Assembly: GCA_041556555.1 (NCBI GenBank)
Contig: JBFFIE010000005.1
Span: 7,998-71,997, forward strand
DNA: 64,000 bases
Reading direction: 5' to 3'
From: Gammaproteobacteria bacterium
Lineage (GTDB): Bacteria > Pseudomonadota > Gammaproteobacteria > Eutrophobiales > Eutrophobiaceae
In this document: positions 9,835-19,881 of the stretch, in pieces
How positions within the stretch are numbered: position 1 is the stretch's first letter
How the letters are laid out: each line of letters starts with the position of its first letter
Translations under genes and position numbers: made by a program
The notes under the pieces: model-generated
The model's input: the letters and a program-made list of their open reading frames with translations, nothing else
Told to the model about the DNA's origin: nothing
Database searches by the model: none

Positions 9835-11125
9835 CCAGCCGATATTCGACATAAGCCTCATCCCTGAGGGTGCGTAACCAGTTTTGCTGGGCCTCTTCGA
9901 TCTTTCTTGCGCGGATGGCTTCCCGGGCTCGGGTGCGTTGCAGGTCTTCACTGTTGTCGTATTGTCTGCGTTCCAGGACCTGGATGATATGCCAGCCGAA
10001 CCTGGTCCTGAAGGGATAGCTGATCTCACCTTCATCCAGGTTTTCCATTTCCTGTTCGAATTTCGGAACCAGATCCCCGGGATTGGCCCAGCTCAGTTCA
10101 CCGCCATCAACGGCGCTCATAGTATCTTCAGAATGGGCGCGGGCAAGATCCCCGAAGTCTTCGCCGGCCAGAATACGCAAGCGTAACTGGTCCAGCCGTT
10201 CCCTGACATCGTCGTCCGTCATTAACTGGTTGGGCGTGATAAGGATGTGGCGTGCCTTGGTCTGGGTGACAATATTTTCCCGCTGTTCACCACGAATGTC
10301 AGTTAGTTCGATGATATGGAAACCACTCGGGCTTTCAATGATGTTACTTATATCGCCCTTTTCCATGGTTCTCACTATACCCGCAAACAGGGTGGGTATC
10401 TCTTCCGCCTTACGCCAACCGAGGTCGCCACCATCAAGGGCCTGTTGACTGTTTGAAACCTCTATGGCCAGAGTCTGAAAGCTAGTACCAGCTTCGATCT
10501 CCTGCAAAACCTTTTCTGCCTTTGCCCTGACCTGTTCAGTTTCCGCTGCGGTCGGGGCCTCAGGCAAGGCAATCAGAATATGCGACAGGCGGTATTCATC
10601 CTGGTTTTCCTGGTTTCCCTGGTTTTCAATGAAGTTGTTGATTTCCCTCTCTGTGATGGTGACGCGGTTATCGATCTGTCGTTGTTGCAGCCGGGCAATT
10701 GTGATCTCGTTACGAATGTTTTCGCGGAACATTTCATAACTGTAGCCGTCGCGTTCGAGGATGTCCCGAAACTGGGTCAGGCTCACCCCGTTTTCAGCCG
10801 CGATGTTAGCAATGGTCGCATTCAAGGTTTCATCGTCTACCTGGATACCGGTATTGGCCGCAAACTGAAGCTGCAGCTTGTTAATGATCAGTCGTTCCAG
10901 GACTTGTCGTTCCAGGATGTGGTCTGGCGGTGCCTGGGTACGGTTTTCTGCAATCTGTGCCTTGACGGTCCGAAGCTGGTTTTCCAACTCGCTTTGCATT
11001 ACCACATCATCATTTACGACTGCAACTATGCGGTCGAGTGGCACGCCTGCCTGGCTGTTGGCAAACAGGGCGATACCAGTAATTAATAACAATCTTTGAA
11101 TCAAAATCTGAAATCTAGAACTCAC
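9824..11125 (-). CDS. surA: Periplasmic chaperone/PPIase SurA
   Basis: DRIVAVVNDDVV, two parvulin domains (SHILI..GGDLGW; RHILI..GGELSW..FGWHII). Confidence 0.95.
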   Translation of the reverse strand: MSSRFQILIQRLLLITGIALFANSQAGVPLDRIVAVVNDDVVMQSELENQLRTVKAQIAENRTQAPPDHILERQVLERLIINKLQLQFAANTGIQVDDETLNATIANIAAENGVSLTQFRDILERDGYSYEMFRENIRNEITIARLQQRQIDNRVTITEREINNFIENQGNQENQDEYRLSHILIALPEAPTAAETEQVRAKAEKVLQEIEAGTSFQTLAIEVSNSQQALDGGDLGWRKAEEIPTLFAGIVRTMEKGDISNIIESPSGFHIIELTDIRGEQRENIVTQTKARHILITPNQLMTDDDVRERLDQLRLRILAGEDFGDLARAHSEDTMSAVDGGELSWANPGDLVPKFEQEMENLDEGEISYPFRTRFGWHIIQVLERRQYDNSEDLQRTRAREAIRARKIEEAQQNWLRTLRDEAYVEYRLDEN

Positions 11126-13361
11126 TCTTAAACCCGGGAATATTTTCAGTAAGGAATGTTTCTGTGCCTGTGCCCAGCCCGACGAGGCCTTTCAGCTCGA
11201 GCTGGAAGAATATACCGGTATTATACTCATCATTGACCCCGGTTAGGAAACGCCTGGCCACTGTTCGGAAGGCCCAGCAACAACTCTCGTATTCAATTCC
11301 GGCAAATACGTCGACATTTTTCCTGTCCGGCAGGGCATAGACCCAGCGTGCCAGCGCGTTCCATTTTCTTGTGATGGGCCAGTGGAACGAGAGTTCCGTC
11401 TGTTCAATATCGGTAGTCGGGTTTTCCTGTGGCCTGCGGACCCGGTAGGCCAGGTTGATGACCTTGTTATCTGCCGGGTTGTATTGTGCAGCTGCCAGGA
11501 CTTTTTCAGTCTTGCCCTCATTTGGGTCCCACTGGATGGTGCCCCGCAGGCGAAGTTGGTCAAGGATACTGGTCCCGACCTCTGCAACCAGGGGCGAGCT
11601 GCTGTTATCATTCGGCAACGAACCGGGCAGGACGACATCTTGCTCGTCCACGTAATAGATCTGGCCGAGGCTTGCATAGCCCAATTCCCGCCCGCTGTTG
11701 CTTTGGATCAGGCGTGATGTCAGTGCCAGGGTAAACTGGTTGGCATCACCGACCCGGTCAACACTGGAGAAGCGGTCTTCGCGGAACAGGGAGTCAAAGG
11801 AGAAACTGTATATGCCGGTGTCAAAGACAGGCAAGTCTGACTGGTCCTCGTCCGGTATATACAGGTAATACAAACGGGGCTCCAATGTGTGAATAAAGGA
11901 TTTTCCCAGCAGGCGAGTATCACGTTCAAAGAAGAGACCCGTATCCACACTGGTAATCGGCAGTGTTAGGCTCGGGCTGGAACTGAACTGGGTGCCCGTA
12001 TCGTGGAGATCATATTGGGTGTAGCGCACGCCGATTTTCGGTATGAAGAAGCTGGCTGGCGTGTACATCGGTAAGCTCACCGAGGGATAGAGGTGCAAAC
12101 GTCCGCCATTCACATCTTCTGTCGGAAAACCATCATCGTCCCGGTCGAAATAAGCCACCTGGGAATTGAGTGCCAGGTTGAGTCGCCGGTTTTTGAAGGG
12201 ACTGGCTGCATTAAACAGGACTTGCGGTAACCGTTGGTATGGACGAGATGTGAGGGGGATGGTGCTGTCAACGGTTTGGAAACCCTGGGCCCTGGCTGTC
12301 AGGTTCCACCAGCTACCGCTATACGCTACATCTGCCCGACGTTCCAGATACTGGATGCTAGTCAGGTTGATGGTAGAACCAAAATCATTGAAATATTCAC
12401 TGTCAGAGACACGGCTGTAGGTTAGATAAAGCCTGCCCCTGTCCGCAAAGGATTGATTATGGGTAAAGTTAAACAAATTCCTGTCTTCATCGTTAAATTC
12501 GGAGTCATTAGGCAAATATTCCAGATTTAGTTCGCCATTCCCTCTTTTGAGCAGATAACGATACTCACCCATCATCATCAAGCCACTATCAGTGAGCATA
12601 CGGGGAGTTATGGTTGCATCCATCTCCGGTGCAATATTCCAGTAATAGGGGGTTTGAACCTCAAAACCATTTCGATTGGTGCTACCAAAGCTAGGCACCA
12701 GGAATCCGGATTTGCGGTCCTTGCTTAATGGGAAAGATATATAAGGTGTATAAAACATGGGGACATTCTTGATCCTGAGCACGGCATTGCGTGCTGAACC
12801 CCATTTTTCTTCATGATCCAGCCGGATACGGCTGGAGCTGAAACGCCAGAAATTATCCTCCGGTTCGCAGGTTGTATAGGTGACCTGGGTTAATTTCGTC
12901 AGCCACGGATTTTCGTGATAGATGGTATTGGCCTTTCCCCGGCCGCGGTTTTCGAGAATGAAATAAAAAGCATCTTGAAGTGTAGTGGTTTCTTTTACGA
13001 AGTCGACCTGACCCGAGTCACTCTTGATATAAAGCATGTCGTCCCAGTATTCTACGGCGCCCATCATCGTTGCCGAATCGGATGGCTGATCATAGGTGAT
13101 GTGATCCGCCTTCAGTTGTTGTAGATTACGGGTAATCTCAACTTCGCCAACCAGTACCGAGAGGCCGTATTCTTCAAGTTCTGCCTCATCAGCTATGATG
13201 TACATTTCATCCACTGCGAGTTCCCGGTCGACTTCCGGTCGCTCAGGGATTGGCAAGCTGGCGGGGCAAAGCCCGGGTTCATTTTCCGCCGGCATTACGG
13301 TTGGTGACACGCCAGAAAGGAGCATCAAAACTAGCAGGTATTTATACAGGGACCAGTTCAA
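11115..13361 (-). CDS. lptD: LPS assembly outer membrane protein
   Basis: YTTC, RKSGFLVP, PYYWNIAP, HTLEPRLYY, YESCCW, FQLELKGL. Confidence 0.95.
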   Translation of the reverse strand: MNWSLYKYLLVLMLLSGVSPTVMPAENEPGLCPASLPIPERPEVDRELAVDEMYIIADEAELEEYGLSVLVGEVEITRNLQQLKADHITYDQPSDSATMMGAVEYWDDMLYIKSDSGQVDFVKETTTLQDAFYFILENRGRGKANTIYHENPWLTKLTQVTYTTCEPEDNFWRFSSSRIRLDHEEKWGSARNAVLRIKNVPMFYTPYISFPLSKDRKSGFLVPSFGSTNRNGFEVQTPYYWNIAPEMDATITPRMLTDSGLMMMGEYRYLLKRGNGELNLEYLPNDSEFNDEDRNLFNFTHNQSFADRGRLYLTYSRVSDSEYFNDFGSTINLTSIQYLERRADVAYSGSWWNLTARAQGFQTVDSTIPLTSRPYQRLPQVLFNAASPFKNRRLNLALNSQVAYFDRDDDGFPTEDVNGGRLHLYPSVSLPMYTPASFFIPKIGVRYTQYDLHDTGTQFSSSPSLTLPITSVDTGLFFERDTRLLGKSFIHTLEPRLYYLYIPDEDQSDLPVFDTGIYSFSFDSLFREDRFSSVDRVGDANQFTLALTSRLIQSNSGRELGYASLGQIYYVDEQDVVLPGSLPNDNSSSPLVAEVGTSILDQLRLRGTIQWDPNEGKTEKVLAAAQYNPADNKVINLAYRVRRPQENPTTDIEQTELSFHWPITRKWNALARWVYALPDRKNVDVFAGIEYESCCWAFRTVARRFLTGVNDEYNTGIFFQLELKGLVGLGTGTETFLTENIPGFKSEF

Positions 13362-13509
13362 GCTTTATGATGTTTTTTAGAATTATCTATTGGCGTGATG
13401 CTGCTAAAATCTCATAGAATGCCTTTATCTTCAAATTTTTAAGCTTAATTGCTGTCGAACTGGTCTGCTCAATGCATGGGAAAGTGACTACAGAAGTGGA
13501 TACCGCTTA

Positions 13510-14337
13510 ATGAAACCAAAGTCTGTACTAATTACTGGCTGTTCCAGCGGTATTGGTTTTCATGTAGCCAACACCCTCAAAGACCGTGGCTACCGTATTT
13601 TTGCTTCCGCACGGAAATCAAATGATGTCGAGGAGCTTAAACAGCTTGGACTTGAATCCGTGCAACTGGATCTGGCTAATAGCGCATCAATAGATTCTGC
13701 ACTGGATTTTGTGCTGAAATCTACCGGTGGTGAACTATATGGTCTCTTTAATAATGGTGCATTTGGAATCGTTGGCGCAGTTGAAGACCTCAGTCGGGAT
13801 GCCATAAGGGACCTGTTCGAGGCGAATCTTTTCGGTACCCATGAATTGACCACACGGGTTATCCCGGTAATGCGACAACAGGGCTTTGGCCGGATAATCC
13901 AGAACAGTTCGGTGCTGGGTTTTGTCGCCCTGAAATTCCGCGGCGCCTATAATGCATCCAAGTATGCTTTGGAAGGTTTAACGGATACCCTGCGCATGGA
14001 ACTTGAAGGTTCCGGTATTCATGTCTCGTTAATTGAACCAGGCCCTATTGAAAGTGAGTTTCGGAAGAACGCGTTTCTTGCTTACAGGAAATACATTGAC
14101 AAAGAACATAGTTACTTTCGTGATTTATATGATACCCAGGAAATACGCATGCAAACTGAGGGACCGGTGGTGCCATTTACCCTGGGGCCGGAAGCAGTAT
14201 GCAAAAAAGTTGTTCATGCCCTAGAGAGCAAGCGGCCTAAAGCACGTTACTTTGTGACCTTTCCAACATATTTATTTGGAACCTTGAAACGTTTGCTCCC
14301 GGATAGAGTACTGGACAGCATACTTATCCGTATCTAA
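13510..14337 (+). CDS. SDR family oxidoreductase (YbbO-like)
   Basis: TGCSSGIG, NNGA, YNASK. Confidence 0.9.
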   Translation: MKPKSVLITGCSSGIGFHVANTLKDRGYRIFASARKSNDVEELKQLGLESVQLDLANSASIDSALDFVLKSTGGELYGLFNNGAFGIVGAVEDLSRDAIRDLFEANLFGTHELTTRVIPVMRQQGFGRIIQNSSVLGFVALKFRGAYNASKYALEGLTDTLRMELEGSGIHVSLIEPGPIESEFRKNAFLAYRKYIDKEHSYFRDLYDTQEIRMQTEGPVVPFTLGPEAVCKKVVHALESKRPKARYFVTFPTYLFGTLKRLLPDRVLDSILIRI

Positions 14338-14410
14338 AACTCACAATACATAATAAAGATTTAACAATTATCTTGTGATAATTTATTAAAAATAATTCAA
14401 TCGAAATGCC

Positions 14411-14974
14411 ATGAATACGCTGAATAAATCTTTACTCATTTTACTGATTACCCAGTTCACTGCCTGTACCGCTCCGGCAGCCAAGATCTATTCCGATCGC
14501 AACCCGGATATAGATATTTCAGGCGCCACGACTTTTGCCTGGTTGAAAGACGAGTATCTATTGGTGAGTTCTGAAGAATCCAATCCCATTGTGGCAGCAA
14601 AGGTTGCCAAGGCAATAGAGTTCGAGATGCGAAAAAAAGGTTATGTCCTTGTCAAAGATCCGGAAACGGCCGATCTGGCGGTAGCATTTACTGTTGGTAG
14701 CCGTGAAGAGGTCGACATCCGGTCTTTCCCGGTGACCTATGGTGGAGGATTCCGTTGGGGCGGTCCTTATTACGGAGGAAGTTCAGTCTATGTTGGCACG
14801 GAGACACGTGCCGTCACCTATACGAAAGGCAGGTTGGCGATAGATGTATTTCACGTCGCATCCAGACAACCGGTCTGGCACGGTCTTGCCACCAAGACCA
14901 TCACAAGTTCGGATGAGAAAAACATGGATGAACTTATCAAGGATACGGTCGAGCGAATCCTTGCGAAGTTTTAA
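14411..14974 (+). CDS. DUF4136-like lipoprotein
   Basis: Lipobox-like FTAC; TFAW, ADL, YTKGRLAIDVF..PVWHG. Confidence 0.75.
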   Translation: MNTLNKSLLILLITQFTACTAPAAKIYSDRNPDIDISGATTFAWLKDEYLLVSSEESNPIVAAKVAKAIEFEMRKKGYVLVKDPETADLAVAFTVGSREEVDIRSFPVTYGGGFRWGGPYYGGSSVYVGTETRAVTYTKGRLAIDVFHVASRQPVWHGLATKTITSSDEKNMDELIKDTVERILAKF

Positions 14975-14987
14975 GCCGAGCAGCCAG

Positions 14988-15284
14988 TTATGCAGGTAGC
15001 GGAATGCGGGGTTTTTCCATATTTCGCCGGAAAAGAGTGACTGTATTTCCAATCTTCTGAACATTTTCGGAAGACGTTTGCCGGCAAATCTCGGAAATGA
15101 TTCGGTCCCTTTCCTCACGTTTACCGACCCGGACTTTGATCTTGATCAACTCATGGTGTTTCAGGGCATTCTCAATTTCAGAGAGGACCTGATCGGTAAG
15201 CCCATGCTGCCCCAGCCAGATTATCGGTTTTTTCTCATGCGCCAGTGTTCGCAGGTATTTTTCCTGGCGTTTGCTTAGAACCAT
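14988..15284 (-). CDS. yhbY: Ribosome assembly RNA-binding protein YhbY
   Basis: LRTLAH..KPIIWLGQHGL, ALKHHELIKIK, VQKIGN. Confidence 0.9.
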   Translation of the reverse strand: MVLSKRQEKYLRTLAHEKKPIIWLGQHGLTDQVLSEIENALKHHELIKIKVRVGKREERDRIISEICRQTSSENVQKIGNTVTLFRRNMEKPRIPLPA

Positions 15285-15287
15285 GAT

Positions 15288-16409
15288 TCAAGAAACCTCG
15301 GCTTGCTCTATTAGCAAGGCATCTCGATCATAACAAAGTGTCTTGTTGCGACCGCTGTTTTTTGCCATATACAGGGCCTGGTCTGCCTGTTCAACAAAAC
15401 GGTTCGCTGCTTCGGCAGCATGCTGGATTTCCTCGGCAGAGAGGGTGCTGATACCGATGGATACTGTGAGTGAAATTTCATTTTCATTTTCATCCTCGAA
15501 TGGTCTGGTGGCGATCATTTGCCGGATTCTTTCGGCGATCTCCATTGCCTTTTCCGAGGCGGTTTGCAGCAAAATGACTGTGAATTCCTCGCCACCATAA
15601 CGGGCCACCACATCTATCTGCCGGACCTGTTCCTTGATTACCTGGGCTATGTAGCGCAACACCTGATCACCAGTCTGGTGACCATAGGTGTCGTTAATGT
15701 TTTTAAAATGGTCGGCATCAATGAATAGGCAACTGCTGGGATTTCCACTGCGGCGGATGCGTGAAATCTCCTCAGTGAGGCGTTGGTCAAAGTAACGGCG
15801 ATTATTCACACCTGTAAGGTTGTCAATCAGGCCCAGATATTTCAGATGTTCCCGTGCCAGGTTGTTATCCAGGCACACGGCAATGACGGCAGCCAGGTGT
15901 TTAAGAAAATCGGCACCGGCATTTTCATCAAAGCGGTCCTTGTCATTGCTGCCGATATTGTAACTGCCGATCAGGCGGCCTTTGTGCAGAAGGGGCAGCA
16001 GGGCAATACTGGCTGGTTGTGTATCGGCATCGGGAAACAGGATGGCATGGGTTTCAAGCTGATACCGTGTCAATAGAGGCGAGAGCAGGCCCTGGTAAAT
16101 CCGGGTCAGGCAGGAATTTTCGTGAATGAAGAATAGATTGGGATTATCGGTGATCTCATGGTCGGATTGCTCAAACAGCCGCTGGATTTCGTAATCGCTG
16201 TCTACCAGAACAAGGGTGACATAATCCCAGTTAAATATCTCCTTGCTATGACATATGACCTGATCGAGAAACTCTTCAAGAGATTCGGAATCCATTAACT
16301 GTATTTCAAAGTTCTGAAACTTCCTGAGAATAGTCTCATTACGACGCGCACCCTCAAGCAATTCCGAGTACTTTTCTTTCAACTCCGAAATCTGCTCCTG
16401 AGATCTCAT
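15288..16409 (-). CDS. Diguanylate cyclase with DUF484/GAF-like sensor
   Basis: DNLTGVNNRR, DADHFKNINDTYGH, RQID I-site, GGEEF. Confidence 0.9.
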   Translation of the reverse strand: MRSQEQISELKEKYSELLEGARRNETILRKFQNFEIQLMDSESLEEFLDQVICHSKEIFNWDYVTLVLVDSDYEIQRLFEQSDHEITDNPNLFFIHENSCLTRIYQGLLSPLLTRYQLETHAILFPDADTQPASIALLPLLHKGRLIGSYNIGSNDKDRFDENAGADFLKHLAAVIAVCLDNNLAREHLKYLGLIDNLTGVNNRRYFDQRLTEEISRIRRSGNPSSCLFIDADHFKNINDTYGHQTGDQVLRYIAQVIKEQVRQIDVVARYGGEEFTVILLQTASEKAMEIAERIRQMIATRPFEDENENEISLTVSIGISTLSAEEIQHAAEAANRFVEQADQALYMAKNSGRNKTLCYDRDALLIEQAEVS

Positions 16410-16539
16410 GGGATACTCATCCGCCTGATATTTATAAAGTAGTATATCCGTTTTAATGGTAAAATTAACCCGGAAAATCAGAAATATTCCGTGATCTACA
16501 TCGCTTAAACTATTCTTGATAGCCTGGAAAATTCACTAC

Positions 16540-16791
16540 ATGCTAAAAATAATTGTTATTGTTTTCTTGCTGTTTAGTCAGTGTTTTTTGCCCTCCGCAT
16601 TTGCGGATGTAAACGAACTCAGGCTACAACTTGCTGAAATTCAGGATATGATTGAAATTGAAAAGAAAAATAATGAAGATCTGAAGGACACCCTGTTTAC
16701 CAGGAAGATCGAGCTGGCTGAGCTCAGGAAAAAACTGTCTTCCCTGGAAGAAGAGGTTGCTTTATTGAAAGCAGATCTGGATGTCCAATAA
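16540..16791 (+). CDS. Small exported coiled-coil protein A
   Basis: Signal peptide ending AFA; heptad-rich helix; similar to next ORF. Confidence 0.7.
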   Translation: MLKIIVIVFLLFSQCFLPSAFADVNELRLQLAEIQDMIEIEKKNNEDLKDTLFTRKIELAELRKKLSSLEEEVALLKADLDVQ

Positions 16792-16816
16792 AACACAATA
16801 ATATGGAGCATATATT

Positions 16817-17053
16817 ATGAAGATAATACCAGGCTTACTTGTTTTACTGGCGCTTGTCTCAATTGTTTCCAGGGCAGAGGAAGAGAACCCTGCAGCAAAG
16901 CTTGATGAAATTAATGAGATGGTTGAAGCAGAACAGGAACTGAATATGAAACTCAAAGGTGATGTGGATACCAGGGATGCCGAGCTGGCACGATTAAAAC
17001 AAAAGCTGGAAGCTCTGGAAGAGGAGCTGAACGAGCAGAACACTAATAACTAG
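16817..17053 (+). CDS. Small exported coiled-coil protein B
   Basis: GGAG RBS, signal peptide ending SRA, paralogous to ORF A. Confidence 0.75.
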   Translation: MKIIPGLLVLLALVSIVSRAEEENPAAKLDEINEMVEAEQELNMKLKGDVDTRDAELARLKQKLEALEEELNEQNTNN

Positions 17054-17137
17054 ATAATGTTTAACCTGAGGCCCTCAAGTTCATCATTATAACTCACAGA
17101 AGATGATAACAAACCGGACTGGATTTTTTTAAGGGCT

Positions 17138-18163
17138 CTAAAATTTTTCAAACGGATATATCTGTTTCCAGTCGGTCTTCATATTAACGACAGTCCATTT
17201 ATTTTTACTCGCTTCATCCAGGGCTTTGTCCAGCCTGCCTATATGGGAATCGCGATCATAGGCCCATTCACGTTCAGCATCGGTGTGATGCACGATCAGG
17301 CAAAAACCCGTACTTCCTCTCTCGCATGTCCACTGCAACATTTGTAGGTCGCCATCAGAGTTACCGAAGGCAGCCAGTGGACGACGACCGATGTGCTGGT
17401 TAATGGCAACCGGTTTACCTTCCTTATCATTGAAGAAATTCAGATCAGGTAGGCGGACTAGGACGGGCCTTCCCTCTCGTATTTCAAATTTTGTCTTGAT
17501 GCTGGAGCCAATCACCTGTTCGGGCGGAACACCATAAACTTTTTCAGAGAACACTCTCATAAATTCAATACCTCCACCTGAAACTATAAAAACCTTGAAT
17601 TGGTTGGCACGCAGGTAATCCATGAGTTCCAGCATCGGCTTAAAGACCATCTCTGTATAGCTTCGACCGGTTGCGGGATGCCGGGCCGTCGTTATCCATT
17701 CGCTTACATGGTTTGCAAATTTTTCTGTGGTCATACCAGTATGTGTTCCCATGAATAAATCCAAAAGTGCCTCCTCACCATCTGCCAGGGCAGCATTCAG
17801 ATTACCTTTTAACATCGAAGCAAAGGGTTCCTTGCTCTTCCATTCCGGATTTTGCGGGGCCATTGCTCTGACTCGATCAAACGCATAGACGGCCTGAAAA
17901 TAAAGAGGCTGTTCACTCCAGAGTGTGCCATCGTTATCGAAGACGGCAATGCGCTCTGCTGGAGCTACATAGTCTGTGCTGTCTTTGCGGGTAACTTTTT
18001 CGACAAAACTAATAACATCGTTTTTGGCACTGGTATCGTTCCAGGAGGGTAAAGGTTCATTAGCACAAGCGGTTGTGACTACTGCAAGCAAGATTGCAGA
18101 GAGTAGGAATAATAACCTTAATGCAGATGTCCCGGTGCGCGTTTCGGGTCGTGTCATGTTCAT
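17138..18163 (-). CDS. Exported HAD-family hydrolase
   Basis: FDNDGTLW, IVSGGG, GKP, FGNSDGD; start trimmed to ATG 18163. Confidence 0.88.
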   Translation of the reverse strand: MNMTRPETRTGTSALRLLFLLSAILLAVVTTACANEPLPSWNDTSAKNDVISFVEKVTRKDSTDYVAPAERIAVFDNDGTLWSEQPLYFQAVYAFDRVRAMAPQNPEWKSKEPFASMLKGNLNAALADGEEALLDLFMGTHTGMTTEKFANHVSEWITTARHPATGRSYTEMVFKPMLELMDYLRANQFKVFIVSGGGIEFMRVFSEKVYGVPPEQVIGSSIKTKFEIREGRPVLVRLPDLNFFNDKEGKPVAINQHIGRRPLAAFGNSDGDLQMLQWTCERGSTGFCLIVHHTDAEREWAYDRDSHIGRLDKALDEASKNKWTVVNMKTDWKQIYPFEKF

Positions 18164-18198
18164 GTCGATGTTCTTTTTCGCATTAGAAATCAGAAGTG

Positions 18199-18224
18199 CA
18201 GGGCGCAACGACTGTTGCGCCCTG
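18199..18224 (-). terminator. Intercistronic hairpin after sulfatase
   Basis: CAGGGCGCAAC-GACT-GTTGCGCCCTG perfect 11-bp stem. Confidence 0.6.
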
Positions 18225-18241
18225 TAAGATGAAGGCGGATC

Positions 18242-19861
18242 TTATCTGCCGCTCACGGCACCCTCTATCTGCTTCTGGACCTTTTCCAGATTAAATGAAC
18301 CCGGGCTCTGGCTCGGTGGATATTCCTTCATTGTAAGGAGGAACTTCGTGGCTAATTCTTGCAGAGGAACAAGCACAAACGGATGGTCGAGGAACCAGTC
18401 ATGATAGACATTGGCGTTGTGCTGAGCCTTTTCGAACGGGTCACGCCGCAGGTGAAACAGCAGCGGGATACGCAGTTCGGTAAATGGCTCGCGCCACACC
18501 CCAAATGCCCGGCCGCGGTTTTCGAGGAATACGGCCTTCCAGGCATCGTAACGAATAGCAACGATCTGACCGTCATCATTGACATAAAAGAACTCCTGGC
18601 GAGGCGATTCTTTTACTTTGCCGGTAAGATAATCAAGCATATTATAGCCATCAATGTAGTTACGGTATTTGCGTCCATTCAGCTTCACACCCTTCTTCAG
18701 TTGTTCCTTGATATCCGGTGCACCCGCGGCAGCAGCGAAAGTAGGCAACCAGTCCTCGTGGGCGACGATGCCATTTAGTGTCACCCCGGCCGGAAAATGT
18801 CCCGGCCAACGCACAAAGGCAGGCACGCGGTATGCACCCTCCCAGTTTGAGTTCTTTTCACCGCGGAATGGTGTAGTACCAGCATCCGGCCAAGTGTTGT
18901 AATGCGGGCCATTATCTGTGGAGTAATGAATGATAGTATTGTCAGCAATCCCCAATTCATCGAGCACATCCAGGAACTTGCCAATGTGCATGTCGTGTTC
19001 GATCATGCCGTCGGTATATTCATTATTCCCGGGATTTCGCCGTTCTTCCTTTACATGGGTGCGAAAGTGCATACGTGTGCCGTTCCACCAGACAAACCAG
19101 GGATTACCAGCCTGATGCTGTTCGCGGATAAACTCGATCGCCCGATCAGAGGTTTCATCATCGACGGTTTCCATGCGTTTCTTGGTCAAGGGACCGGTAT
19201 CTTCACATGTTTGCTTGCCTATTTTCCCGAAGCGGGGATCTTTCGTGGAGTCAGATTTATCCGTGGCATAACAATGCAACACGCCGCGTGGCCCGTATTT
19301 CTCATAAAAGGTCCGCCCATCTTTCAAGACCATGTCACGAGGATAGTCTTCGTTTTCCGGTTCTTCCTCGGCATTCAGGTGGTAGAGGTTGCCAAAAAAT
19401 TCATCGAAGCCATGAATGGTGGGAAGATGTTCATTGCGATCACCCTGATGGTTTTTTCCAAACTGGCCCGTCGAATAGCCTTGACTTTTCAATACTGTAG
19501 CCATGGTTACATCGGTTTTCTGCCAGCCTTCTTTTGCACCAGGCAGGCCAACCTTGGTCATTCCTGAACGGACCGGTACGGAGCCACTGATGAACGCAGC
19601 GCGACCGGCAGTGCAGCTTTGCTGACCGTAATAGTCAGTGAATGCCACACCTTCTTTCGCAATGCGATCGATGTTTGGTGTTTTATAACCCATCATACCG
19701 CGGTTGTTGTGGCTGATGTTCCAGGTACCAATATCATCGCCCCAGATCACCAGGATGTTAGGCTTCTTGTCGTCAGCCTGTGCAGTTAGTGAACAAACGA
19801 GGAACAGCAGAGACATTATAAGTGCTGTTGCAGGTTTGTGCTTTTCATCTGTCAAAGACAT
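18242..19861 (-). CDS. Arylsulfatase (Cys-type)
   Basis: PNILVIWGDDIG, SCTAGRAAF (CxxxR), FGKNH, STDNG. Confidence 0.93.
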   Translation of the reverse strand: MSLTDEKHKPATALIMSLLFLVCSLTAQADDKKPNILVIWGDDIGTWNISHNNRGMMGYKTPNIDRIAKEGVAFTDYYGQQSCTAGRAAFISGSVPVRSGMTKVGLPGAKEGWQKTDVTMATVLKSQGYSTGQFGKNHQGDRNEHLPTIHGFDEFFGNLYHLNAEEEPENEDYPRDMVLKDGRTFYEKYGPRGVLHCYATDKSDSTKDPRFGKIGKQTCEDTGPLTKKRMETVDDETSDRAIEFIREQHQAGNPWFVWWNGTRMHFRTHVKEERRNPGNNEYTDGMIEHDMHIGKFLDVLDELGIADNTIIHYSTDNGPHYNTWPDAGTTPFRGEKNSNWEGAYRVPAFVRWPGHFPAGVTLNGIVAHEDWLPTFAAAAGAPDIKEQLKKGVKLNGRKYRNYIDGYNMLDYLTGKVKESPRQEFFYVNDDGQIVAIRYDAWKAVFLENRGRAFGVWREPFTELRIPLLFHLRRDPFEKAQHNANVYHDWFLDHPFVLVPLQELATKFLLTMKEYPPSQSPGSFNLEKVQKQIEGAVSGR

Positions 19862-19881
19862 TTTCTCTCTCCTTTGGTCAA

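Noticed and set aside
9835-10035. N-terminal extension of the pdxA ORF
   Set aside because: Overlaps surA; PdxA homology begins after ATG 9834
16490-16505. CRP-like site CGTGA-N6-TCGCT
   Set aside because: Three mismatches to consensus; too weak
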